Positions 45,871 to 57,800 of a DNA stretch of 63,061 bases are shown in pieces. Position 1 is the stretch's first letter. The number at the start of each line of letters is the position of its first letter. Source of the DNA: Thermoplasmata archaeon (lineage in GTDB: Archaea; Thermoplasmatota; Thermoplasmata; Lutacidiplasmatales; UBA184); contig JBGOSQ010000002.1 of assembly GCA_041476045.1 (NCBI GenBank), positions 1 through 63,061 of the forward strand, given 5' to 3'. The position numbers and the translations under genes are program-made. A model generated the notes under the pieces. It was not told the DNA's origin, searched no databases, and was given only the letters and a program-made list of their open reading frames with translations.

Positions 45871-46791
45871 CTAGGCGGGGGTTCGATGGGCCGCTCCGAC
45901 GAGCTCCTCCCATCGGTCGGAACCGAGAGCGTCGAGGCGATGGGTCGTCTCGCGAACGAGAGAGCCGAAGACGCCGATCCCCTCGAACGCTACCGCCGTT
46001 CCGATCTCGACGGCCCGCGCGCCGGCCATCAGGTACTCGATCGCGTCATCGGCGGTCATGATCCCACCGACGCCGACGATGGGGATCTTGAGCGCCCGGT
46101 AGAGCTGCCAGACGCACGCAATGCCGACCGGGCGGATCGCCGGTCCGCTCAAGCCTCCCAGGCCGTGGGAGAGCGTCGGCCGACGGAGCTCCAGGTTGAG
46201 GGAGAGACCGCGAACCGTGTTGATCGCGCTGACCGCCGCGGCCCCGCCGCGCTCGGCGGCGAGCCCGAGGGCGGCGATGTCGTGCGTGTTGGGAGTGAGC
46301 TTCGCGATGACCGGGACCTTGACCCTCCCGACGACCGCGCGGGTGATCGCTTCGACCATCGCCGGTTCGCTCCCGATCTCCGAGCCGAGCCCCTCGGCGT
46401 GCGGGCAGCTCAGGTTGAGCTCGATCGCCACTACGCCCGTGCCCGCCATCCGCTCTGCAAGCCCCGCAAATTCCTCCGCGTCGTGTCCAAACACCGATCC
46501 GATCACGAGGGCTCCGGCCCCACGGGCCGTCGCGATCTCCTGCGGGTACTCCTCGATTCCCGGGTTCGGGAGGCCCATCGCATTGAGGAACCCCCACCTT
46601 TCCCAGGACTCGATCGTGGGGTTGGGATAGCCCGGACGCGGCTCGCGCCCGATCGATTTCGTGATGACGCCGCCGGCCCCCGCTTCCCAGGCGCCGCGCA
46701 ACGAATCGCCACTCTCCCCCCACACTCCCGAGGCCAACAGGAACGGGTTGCGGAGCGCGATTCCGGCGAGGTCGACGCGAAGGTCCGCCAC
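45871..46791 (-). CDS. pyrD: dihydroorotate dehydrogenase catalytic subunit (class 1)
   Basis: MADLRVDLAGIALRNPFLLASGVWGE... indicates a TIM-barrel DHOD. 306 aa with a GTG start. Confidence 0.9.
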   Translation of the reverse strand: MADLRVDLAGIALRNPFLLASGVWGESGDSLRGAWEAGAGGVITKSIGREPRPGYPNPTIESWERWGFLNAMGLPNPGIEEYPQEIATARGAGALVIGSVFGHDAEEFAGLAERMAGTGVVAIELNLSCPHAEGLGSEIGSEPAMVEAITRAVVGRVKVPVIAKLTPNTHDIAALGLAAERGGAAAVSAINTVRGLSLNLELRRPTLSHGLGGLSGPAIRPVGIACVWQLYRALKIPIVGVGGIMTADDAIEYLMAGARAVEIGTAVAFEGIGVFGSLVRETTHRLDALGSDRWEELVGAAHRTPA

Positions 46792-46813
46792 CGGCGTGTC
46801 GGACGGGGCGTCG

Positions 46814-46823
46814 GCTTATATGG
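46814..46823. promoter_or_regulatory. shared central TATA element of the divergent pyrD / clpB pair
   Basis: GCTTATATGG is centred about 27 nt from both GTG 46791 (minus strand) and ATG 46846 (plus strand) in a 54-nt intergenic region. Confidence 0.5.
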
Positions 46824-46845
46824 CTTGGGCCGATGAAATCGCGCG

Positions 46846-49463
<2,618 letters not shown>

Positions 49464-49467
<4 letters not shown>

Positions 49468-50405
49468 CCTCGGGCGTCACCGTCGCGGTCGTCGGCGCGC
49501 GCGACCTTGCCAAAGAGCTCGGGAAGAAGGGCACCGCCTCGGATGTCACGCTGTTCAACAAGTCGGCCGACGGCCACGCACTGACGGTCGTCGAGCCGAC
49601 GCAGTTCCCCGAGAAGTTCGCCTCCCTCCTCTTCTCGCTCGCGATGGCCGACCGCGCGGTCTTCGCCATTCCCGCCCTCACGCGCGAGATCGCCGAGACC
49701 GCCGCGACGATCGAGATGTTCGAGGTCCCGGTGGAGGTGCGCCTCGGCGCGGCCGTCGGCGAGGACGAGCTCCGACGCGCGTTCCGCGGCTCGCCGCTCG
49801 AGCGCGCGGAGCTCAAGCCGCTCGACCCGGTCAAGCTCCGCGAGGAGATCGATCACTGGAGGGCTCCGGAGCGGACCGGCCCGGTGCAGGTCCGGATCGA
49901 TCACGCGTTCCCGGTGAAGGGGGTGGGCGCCGTCGCCCTCGGCGTCGTCCGCCGCGGGACCCTCAACGCCCACGAGAAGCTCCGTCTCTACCCGCTCGAG
50001 AAGATCGTCGAGCTCCGCTCGATCCAGGTCCACGACATCGACGTGCGGGAAGCCCAGAACGGCGAGCGCGTCGGAACCGCCCTTAAGGGCGTGGAGGCCG
50101 ACGAGATCTCGCGCGGGCAGATCCTCGCCCCGGAGGGATCCCTCACGGTCGCGACGAGCGTCCGGGGGAGCGACTGGCGCCGCAGCCGATACTACCGCGG
50201 CGATGCGACGGTCGGCGCCCAGGTGCAGCTCCTCGTCGGGATGCAGCTCGTGCCAGCGCGGATCGAGGAGGTCGGGGAGGCGACGATCCTGCTCACCCCC
50301 GATCGTCCGGTCGCGTTCGGGGAGGGCGATCCCGCCGTCGTCGCCGACCTGTCGCCGCCGGGGGGCCCCCGCATCGTCGGCCGCGCGACGCTGCATTCCA
50401 CCTGA
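49464..50405 (+). CDS. EF-Tu/SelB-like protein with degenerate G domain (beta-barrel domain II retained)
   Basis: ATGA overlap with the clpB stop. The N-terminus VAVVGARDLAKELGKKGT lacks a GxxxxGK[ST] P-loop. The middle segment IDHAFPVKGVGAVALGVVRRGTL...LRSIQVHDIDV...GERVGTALKGV is EF-Tu domain-2-like. Confidence 0.65.
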
Positions 50406-50444
50406 GCGGAAGCCTCAAGCGGGCGATACCGCCCTCTACTACCC

Positions 50445-50660
50445 GTGCCGATGCCGTCCCCGCCCCAGGAACGACCGCTCCCGCCCCTGACGCCGAGCGC
50501 GGAGTCGCGCCGGTGCACCACCTGCTCCTCGCCTCTCGCCAGCATGGGCGTCAATGCGCTGCCGACGCTCGAGTACAACGGCCATCCGCCAGGCGCCTTC
50601 CTGCTCGAGACGTTCGCCTGCGCCCACTGCGGCAAGGTCGAGTTCTTCGCGCCTCGGTGA
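50445..50660 (+). CDS. small zinc-ribbon protein
   Basis: 71 aa with CTTC...CAHCGKVEFF (two CxxC pairs). Coding status is moderate. Confidence 0.45.
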   Translation: MPMPSPPQERPLPPLTPSAESRRCTTCSSPLASMGVNALPTLEYNGHPPGAFLLETFACAHCGKVEFFAPR

Positions 50661-50684
50661 GGGCGGCCGGGTGGGCGAGCCCAC

Positions 50685-51890
50685 CTAGGCGAACATCGTG
50701 ACGGACTCCTTGCGGAGTTCCTCTTCGCCGACGACCTTCTCGACCGCGCGGTCGAAGTCCTGCGCCGTCACGTGGTCGCGCTCCTCGCGGATCGCCCACA
50801 TGCCGGCCTCGGTGCAGATCGCCTTGATGTCGGCGCCGGTGGCGCCTTCACAGCGCGCGGCGAGGGCTTCGAAGTCGATCGTCTCCTTGATCGCCATCCC
50901 GCGCGTGTGGATCTTGAAGATCTCCGTCCGGCCCAGGTAGCTCGGGACCGGGACCTCGATGATCCGGTCGAACCGGCCCGGGCGCAGGAGCGCCTCGTCG
51001 AGGATGTCCGGGCGGTTCGTCGCCGCGACGATCTTGACGTTCGCGAGGGGCTCGAACCCGTCCATCTCGGCCAGGAGCTGCATCAGGGTGCGCTGGACCT
51101 CGCGGTCCCCGCTCGTGGCGACCTCGAGGCGTTTGGCCCCGATCGAGTCGACCTCGTCGATGAAGATGATCGTCGGTGCCTTCTCGCGCGCGAGCTGGAA
51201 CAGCTCGCGGACGAGCCGCGCGCCCTCGCCGATGTACTTCTGCACGAGCTCGCTGCCGACGAGTCGGATGAAGGTGGCATGGGTGTGGTGCGCCACTGCC
51301 TTCGCAATCATCGTCTTGCCGGTCCCGGGCGATCCGATCAACAGGACCCCCTTCGGCGGGTCGACCCCGACCTTGCGATAGAGCTCGGCGCGCAGGAGCG
51401 GGTACTCGACGGCCTCGCGGATCTCGCGGATCTGGTCGCCCAGCCCGCCGATCTCCTGGTAGGTGACGTTCGGCTTGTCGACGATCTCGCTCGCTGCGAC
51501 GAGCGGGTCGAGCGAAGCGGGGAGGACCCCCATGACGGCGAGGGTCTGCTTGTTGAGGGCGACGCGCGAGCCGACCGTGATCTTGTCGTGCTCGACGGTC
51601 TCGGCGGAGTTGACGACGAAGTCGGGACCAGTGGAGGACTTGACGACGACGCGGCCGTCGGTGAGGACGTCGCGAACCGAGCCGACGATGAGGGGGGGAT
51701 ACCGAAGTCGGTCGAGCTCCGTCTTGAGGCGCTTGACCTCACGCTGGAGCCGCAGGATCTCGGCTTCCATGTAATGGCGCTCGCTCTCGACCCGCTTGAT
51801 CGCCTCGGCGAGCTGGTTGTTCCGGAGCTCGAGGAAGTTGACGCGGTCAAAGTTCTCGCGCGCCGCGGGTGGAGCTTCGGGTTCACTCAT
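50685..51890 (-). CDS. pan: proteasome-activating nucleotidase PAN
   Basis: N-terminal coiled coil (LRLQREVKRLKTELDRL), OB segment, Walker A GSPGTGKT and Walker B IIFIDEVD. The C-terminus is ...TMFA. ATG 51890 is preferred over the ORF extension to 52304. Confidence 0.92.
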   Translation of the reverse strand: MSEPEAPPAARENFDRVNFLELRNNQLAEAIKRVESERHYMEAEILRLQREVKRLKTELDRLRYPPLIVGSVRDVLTDGRVVVKSSTGPDFVVNSAETVEHDKITVGSRVALNKQTLAVMGVLPASLDPLVAASEIVDKPNVTYQEIGGLGDQIREIREAVEYPLLRAELYRKVGVDPPKGVLLIGSPGTGKTMIAKAVAHHTHATFIRLVGSELVQKYIGEGARLVRELFQLAREKAPTIIFIDEVDSIGAKRLEVATSGDREVQRTLMQLLAEMDGFEPLANVKIVAATNRPDILDEALLRPGRFDRIIEVPVPSYLGRTEIFKIHTRGMAIKETIDFEALAARCEGATGADIKAICTEAGMWAIREERDHVTAQDFDRAVEKVVGEEELRKESVTMFA

Positions 51891-51956
51891 GTTGTCCCTG
51901 CGACGGAGCCCGCCGGTGCTTTCGCCGGCGAGTTCTCTATCGACCCAAGCGTCCCA

Positions 51957-51968
51957 CCTTATAAGAAA
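51957..51968 (+). promoter_or_regulatory. TATA box for the pantoate kinase gene, in the divergent region shared with pan
   Basis: CCTTATAAGAAA ends about 22-30 nt upstream of ATG 51990. The core CTTATAAG is palindromic. Confidence 0.45.
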
Positions 51969-51989
51969 TCGCGGGTGGAGAAACCACTG

Positions 51990-52991
51990 ATGCCCGCGCG
52001 TGCGACCCCGGCACGCGCCCGGATCGCCACCGCCTACGCCCCGGGGCACGTGACGGGCGTGTTCGCTCCCGATCTTACCGCGCGCGACCCGCGGGGGCGC
52101 GGCTCCGTCGGCGCGGGGATCGTCCTCGAGCTCGGCGTCCGAGCGATGGCACGATGGCGTCCTGGGCGTCGCGGGACGACCGTCCGGGTCGTCTCCGAGA
52201 CTCGGCGGACGCTTCCCATCTCCGAGGACGTTGCCCAACGTCTGGTGGCTGCTCGACCCGGGGAGCTGGATGTGGCGATCCGGCACGATCTGCCCATCGG
52301 ACAAGGATTCGGGATGAGCGCGGCCGGCGCTCTCGCGACGGGGCTCGCCGTGGCCGCCGTCCTCAAGCTATCCCGACAACGCGCGATCGAGACCGCACAT
52401 CTGGCCGACCTGTTCGGCGGGGGCGGACTCGGCGGCGTCGCCGCGATCCTGGGCGGAGGCCTCGAGATCCGGGACCGACCCGGAGTTCCTCCGCGAGGAC
52501 GCGTCCGGCACCGACCGTTCGATGCATCGATCTTCCTCGTCGTCGTTGGGACGGCGCTCCCGTCGCCCCGGCTCCTCCGCGATGATCGCTTCCTCGATCG
52601 GGTGCGTGCGCAGGCATCCCGGGCGCTCCCTCGCTTGCGCTCGAGTCCCGACGCCCGCACCTTCCTCGCCGAAGCCGAGCGGTTCACGGACGGCCTCGAT
52701 CTGGCCCCGCTCGAACTCCGCCGCCTGATGTCGCGGATTCGGGCCACGGGCGCGCGCGCCGCTCAATCGATGTTCGGCGAGAGCCTCTTCATCGTCCCCC
52801 GCACGCCCGGTCAGCGTAGCTCGGTGCTTCGGGTGCTCGAGCGGGCGAACCGGCGCGCGATCGAGATCCGGTCCGCGGCCCTCGGGGCCCATCTCGGCGC
52901 GTCGCCGAGCCGCGCCGCCCGCGGATCGGTCGTCCGAGGGCGCGCGGTGGAAAGCCTTTTAGACGAGGTCCGGGTCGCCCCCGACCCATGA
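51990..52991 (+). CDS. GHMP-family kinase, probable pantoate kinase (archaeal CoA pathway)
   Basis: N-terminal YAPGHVTGVFAP and GHMP motif PIGQGFGMSAAGALATGLA. The C-terminal tail overlaps the rpl10e start (ATGA). Confidence 0.6.
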   Translation: MPARATPARARIATAYAPGHVTGVFAPDLTARDPRGRGSVGAGIVLELGVRAMARWRPGRRGTTVRVVSETRRTLPISEDVAQRLVAARPGELDVAIRHDLPIGQGFGMSAAGALATGLAVAAVLKLSRQRAIETAHLADLFGGGGLGGVAAILGGGLEIRDRPGVPPRGRVRHRPFDASIFLVVVGTALPSPRLLRDDRFLDRVRAQASRALPRLRSSPDARTFLAEAERFTDGLDLAPLELRRLMSRIRATGARAAQSMFGESLFIVPRTPGQRSSVLRVLERANRRAIEIRSAALGAHLGASPSRAARGSVVRGRAVESLLDEVRVAPDP

Positions 52992-53488
52992 CGCGCAAGC
53001 CGGCCCGGATGTACCGGCCGATCGAGGGCCAGGTGTACACGCGCCAGGAGTACATGGGCGGCATTCCGACGTGCCGGGTCACCCAGTTCGACACGGGGAA
53101 CCTGACCACGAGCTTCCCCCTCAAACTCTCCCTCGGCTGCGAAGAGGCGGCCCAGGTGCGTGACATCGCTTTGGAGGCGGCGCGCGTCTCCGCTGTCCGG
53201 GTGCTGGAGAAGAACGCTCCGAACGCCTACCACCTCAAGGTCCGGCGCTACCCGCACCAGATCCTGCGCGAGCACAAGATGGCCATGGGCGCGGGGGCCG
53301 ACCGTATCTCCTCGGGGATGCGGCGCGCCTTTGGCAAGCCCGTCGGCCACGCCGTCCGCGCCCAGCTAGGAGCGGAACTGATCACCGTCTACACGACCGT
53401 CGCGAACCTCGAACACGCCAAGGAGGCGCTCCGGAAGGCATCCCACAAGCTCCCGATCCCGACGCGGTTGAACATCGTCTCGAGCTGA
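52988..53488 (+). CDS. rpl10e: 50S ribosomal protein L10e (uL16)
   Basis: MTRKPARMYRPIEGQVYTRQEYMGGIP... Length is 166 aa. Confidence 0.9.
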   Translation: MTRKPARMYRPIEGQVYTRQEYMGGIPTCRVTQFDTGNLTTSFPLKLSLGCEEAAQVRDIALEAARVSAVRVLEKNAPNAYHLKVRRYPHQILREHKMAMGAGADRISSGMRRAFGKPVGHAVRAQLGAELITVYTTVANLEHAKEALRKASHKLPIPTRLNIVSS

Positions 53489-53494
53489 CTTCGC

Positions 53495-53959
53495 CTACTT
53501 CGGGGCCTTCGGCTCGGCCCGCACGATGAGCACCGGGCATTGGGCGTGGTGGACGATCGCGTCGGAGACGCTTCCGAGGAGGAGGCGTTTGGCCGTCGAG
53601 AGACCGCGCGAACCGATCACGAGGAGGTCGGCCGGCGCCTGTTCCAGGTGGCCGATGATCTCGTCGACGATGACGCCTTCGAGACAGACCCCGGTCACGT
53701 TGGTGAGCCCGCCGGCCTGGGCGCGCGCGACGCCCTCGTCGACGAGGGCCCGGTAGTGCTTGATCTCCGTATCCGGGATCTCGGTCGGGACCCAGGCCTC
53801 GGTCGAGCTGACGAACAACGGTACCAGCGGGGCCACACCGAGCACGGTGAGCGCGCTCGAGTACCGTCGCGCCAGGTCGATCGCGATGTCGAGGGCGCGG
53901 TCGGCGTGCGGGGAGCCGTCGACGGCGACGGTGATCCGGCCGAAGGTGTTCGCCGTCAT
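53495..53959 (-). CDS. universal stress protein (UspA family)
   Basis: ITVAVDGSPHADRAL...LLVIGSRGLS...LLGSVSDAIVHHAQCPVLIV. Confidence 0.85.
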   Translation of the reverse strand: MTANTFGRITVAVDGSPHADRALDIAIDLARRYSSALTVLGVAPLVPLFVSSTEAWVPTEIPDTEIKHYRALVDEGVARAQAGGLTNVTGVCLEGVIVDEIIGHLEQAPADLLVIGSRGLSTAKRLLLGSVSDAIVHHAQCPVLIVRAEPKAPK

Positions 53960-54082
53960 CGTCCGGAGGCAGGGGCGAGAGCCTACATGGTACTTTCGTC
54001 AAGCGCGCCCGGCGGCCCCGCACCCTCCGGGAGAAAGTATAATGCCCGGGCCTAGGCTTCGTGAACTCGAGAGGCGTCTTCC

Positions 54083-54580
54083 GTGGCTCCCGTCTGTTCG
54101 AATTGCAATGGCACCGACTTCGTGTGGGCGAACGAACTGAAGACGGGAATGACCGGGGGCGGCAGCCTCTCGATCCGTGCCCGCGGCGACCTTCCCCTCG
54201 GCACGCGCATCTGCCGAACGTGCGGGCACGCCGACCTGTTCCTCCGCGACATCTCGATCCTGCACCAGCCCCACCTCTGGCGCCCCGGAGAGTTCATCCC
54301 GATCATCGCCAAGACCGCGACGAAGCCGGCCCCGCACCATGCCGCGCCCCCCTCGGCTCCCCCGATGGCCCCCACCACCCCGATGCCGGCCTCCGCCCCA
54401 CCGCCGGCCCCCCCGGCCGCCCCGCCGCCTCCCCCCCCGCCCCCACCTGAACCGAGCCCGCCCCAGGTGGTGGAACCTCCGATGGAGGACCGCGCGATAA
54501 GTTCCGATACGGTCCCCGACGAGCCCCCGGCCGAGAAGGCGAAGCCCGCTCGCAAGCGGGCGAGCCGATCGAAGACCTAG
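54083..54580 (+). CDS. zinc-ribbon protein with Pro-rich low-complexity C-terminal half
   Basis: CSNCNGTDF...CRTCGHADLFL, then ...APPPAPPAAPPPPPPPPPEPSPP... and a basic tail. GTG start. Confidence 0.5.
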   Translation: MAPVCSNCNGTDFVWANELKTGMTGGGSLSIRARGDLPLGTRICRTCGHADLFLRDISILHQPHLWRPGEFIPIIAKTATKPAPHHAAPPSAPPMAPTTPMPASAPPPAPPAAPPPPPPPPPEPSPPQVVEPPMEDRAISSDTVPDEPPAEKAKPARKRASRSKT

Positions 54581-54865
54581 GCGCAGTCCCGCACCTCCCC
54601 GCCTCCGCCGCGAAGGGGTCCCAGGCCCTTCGGCCCCAGAGGAGAGTTCGTGGCTTCTCGATAACGGCGGCGGCCCGTCCTCCCTCCGTCAGCCCGCGAT
54701 CGACCGGCGCAACGAGCGTCGATCGGTTGTCGAAGAGAACGAACGCCGGGGCCGGAGGGCCGTTCCTCGGTCGACATCGCCCCGGTGCCGATCGCGAACG
54801 GCGGCTCCGGTGACCGGTTCTCGAGGAAGAGGGGGCGTCGTCCGCCCCGCCTTGGCAGGCGAGCC

Positions 54866-57800
54866 TCAACTCGTCGGCGGGGGAGGTGGAGGGGGTGGGG
54901 GAGGCGGAGGCGGGAGTCCTGACGGCGGGAGGTCAGGGCTCGGTAATCCCGGAGCTGGTCCTGGCGGAGCGGGGGGGGCCATCCGGTCGGGTGCGTGCGC
55001 CGTTCCAGGACCGGCACGAGTTCGGCGTCGGCGGAGCGCGATCGCCACGCCCACCGCCGCTAGGACGATGACCACAGCGAGGGCGGCGAGGAGGAGGTAC
55101 GGCGTCGTCGCAAGCCCACCCAATGGACCGGGGTTCTGCGACGAGGGCGCCCCGAACGCCACGGCGACGCTCTGGCTCGCACCGCTCACGGTCACCGTGC
55201 CGGAGGCCGGGTCCGCCGCATATCCGGCGGGCGAGACGACGGTGTACGGGTACGTCCCGTTCGCGGTGGTGAATACGACGAAACCGTTGGCCGAGCTCGT
55301 GGTGGTCCCGTTGAAGGTGACCGACCAGGAAGTCCCCGCGGGAAGGCCGGACTCGGCAAAGGTGACGGCGTACGTCCCGGCGGCCAGGGCGAGGAACACG
55401 ATCGATTCCGTCACGTCGGATCCGCTGACCACGGCGCTGCCGGAGGAGGGCGTCGTGACGAATCCAGCGATCGATCCGATCGTGAACGGATAGGACCCGT
55501 TCGTTTCTGCGAAGGTGATGGTGCCCGAGGTCGACGATCTCGGAACGCCGCCGAGCGTCACCGTCCAGCTCGTCCCCCCGGGCAGACCGACCTCGGAGAA
55601 CCCGACCGTGAACTGCCCGGGTGCGATCACGAGCGTGAAGCTCACGGGCACCGTCGTGTCGGCCCCGTTGACCGTCGCCGACCCGGTGGCGGGGTTCGCG
55701 CTGTACCCGGCCACGGGCGCGACGAGGTAGGCGTACGTGCCGTCCGCCTCGGTGAACCCGATCGTGGAGGTGGCCGAGCTGTGCGAGGTTCCGTTCAGCG
55801 TGACGGACCAGGCGGTCCCGACGGGGAGTCCCGCCTCCGTGAACGTCACCGAATACGTCGGAGGGGTCACGGAGAGTGTCGCGGTGAGGTTGAGACTGAA
55901 CGACGCGGAGTCGTTCACGAAAACACGAAGCTGGTAGGAGCCGAGCGACGTCGGGGAGCACGCGAGCGAGGCCACGTCGAGCGTCGCGCAACCGGGAGGA
56001 AGCCCGACGTACCGGTACGAGAGCGGACCCAACCCCCCGTCCGCAGAGACGGTCAGGATCGTCGGATGGCCGACGACCACGGGAGACGGTGCCACGGTGA
56101 AGGCGGAGATCGACAACGGGTCGTTCTGCAGGATGGAGAGAGTTCCCTGGAAGTTGTTCGCCACATAGAGCCCGGTCGTCCCGGGGTCGTAGGTCACTCC
56201 GTTCGGCTGGTCCCCGACGGTCACGGTCGCCACGACCGTGTTCGTCGCGTCCGAAAGGACGCTTACGTTGGCGGAGTTCGAGTTGGTAACGAATATCTCG
56301 CCCGTCGCTGCGTCGTAGCTCACACCCTGCGGGTACGCGCCGACCCCGACGGAGGCGACGATCGCATCGGTCGCGTCGGAGAGGACGCTCACATTGGAGG
56401 ATACGTAATTCGCGACGAAGATCTCGCCCCGAGCTGCGTCGTAGGCCATCGCCGTGGGCCGGGTTCCGACCGGGATTGTCGCCACGACGGAGTTCGTCGC
56501 GTCCGAGATCACGCTCACGTTGTCGTCGCCGGAGTTGGCGACGAAGACTTCGCCCTTCCCAGCGTCGTAGGCGAGACCGAACGGAGCGTTCCCCACCGGG
56601 ATGGTCGCGACGACGGTGTTCGTCGCGTCCGAGATCACGTTCACGGTGTACGAATACGTGTTCGTGACGAAGATCTCCCCCATCGCCGGGTCGTACGCGA
56701 CGCCGGTCGGCGTGACGCCGACGGGGATCGTCGCCACGACCGTGTTCGTGACGTCGGAGAGGACGCTCACGGTCCACGAGTTCTGGTTCGCGACGAAGAC
56801 CTCGCCCCGTGCGGAGTCGTACGCCAGGCCGTACGGGGAGCTTCCCACGGCGATCGTGGCGACGACCCGGTTCGTCACGTCGGAGACGACGAGGACCTGA
56901 TCGGAGCCCTGGACCGAGACGAAGAGCTCGCCGCGGCCGGAGTCGTACGCGACGAGCTGGGGCAGCGCTCCCACCGAGATGCTGGCGACGAGGATCGGCG
57001 GCGCGTCCGAGATGACCGTGACGTTGTTCGTGTTGTAGTTCGTGACGTAGAGCTCGCCGCGGTCCGGGTCGCACGCGATCCCGTACGGCCCGCTCTCGAC
57101 CGGCAGGGACGTCAACGTCGCGTAGCCGACGTCGGAGAAGACGGAGACGTTGTTGTCGAAGTAATTGGTGACGAAGATCTCGCCCTTCTGCGCGTCGAAC
57201 GCCACCCCGGAAGGCAGGACCCCGACCCCGAAGCTCTTGACGACGGAATGGCTCGAATCGGAGATCACGCTCACGTTCCTCGAGATAGAGTTCGCGACGA
57301 GGATCTTCGACGTCCCGGTGTCGAACGCCACGCCGGAGGGATGCGTGCCGACCGCGATGGTCGCCGCGAGCGAGTTCGAGGCGTCGTAGATCACGCTCAC
57401 GTTGTTGGACATCAGGTTCGCGACGTATACCTCCCCCGTAGTGCCGTCGAACGCCACGCCGAAGGGGAAGGAGCCGACGGGAACGGTCGCGACGACCGTG
57501 TTCGTCGCGTCCGAGATCACGCTCACCGAATCGGAGCCGCCGTTCGTGACGAAGACCTCGTCGCGGTTCGCGTCGTACGCGACGCCGATCGGATTGTTCC
57601 CGACGGCGATCGTCGCCACCACGGCGTTCGTCGCATCGGAGATCACGCTCACGTTGTTCGAAAAGTCTCCCGTGACGAAGATCTCCCCTTTCCCGCTGTC
57701 GTAGGCGACACCGATGGGACCGTTCCCCACGGCGATCGTGGCGACGACGGAGTGGGTCGCGTCCGCGATCACGGTGACGGCGTTCGTGCCCTGGTTGGCG

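Noticed and set aside
50772-51989. First 406 codons of the 739-aa ORF 50772-52991
   Set aside because: This part is antisense to pan and has junk composition. Only the part from ATG 51990 shows GHMP kinase motifs.
51891-52304. N-terminal 138-aa extension of the PAN ORF
   Set aside because: The extension is low complexity, would run through the divergent promoter and overlap the pantoate kinase gene. The canonical PAN coiled-coil N-terminus begins at ATG 51890.
54581-54865. 285-nt convergent intergenic gap as a possible small gene or ncRNA
   Set aside because: The ORFs there (54577-55017, 54303-54869) have junk composition. I could only see a trivial GGCC-CTTC-GGCC hairpin and cannot support an RNA gene without covariance-model scanning.
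54866-54912. G-tract-rich plus-strand run (GGGGGAGGTGGAGGGGGTGGGGGAGGCGGAGGCGGGAG) as a G-quadruplex regulatory element
   Set aside because: It is the complement of the CCN codons encoding the poly-proline tail, so coding is sufficient to explain it. There is no independent evidence for a structural role.
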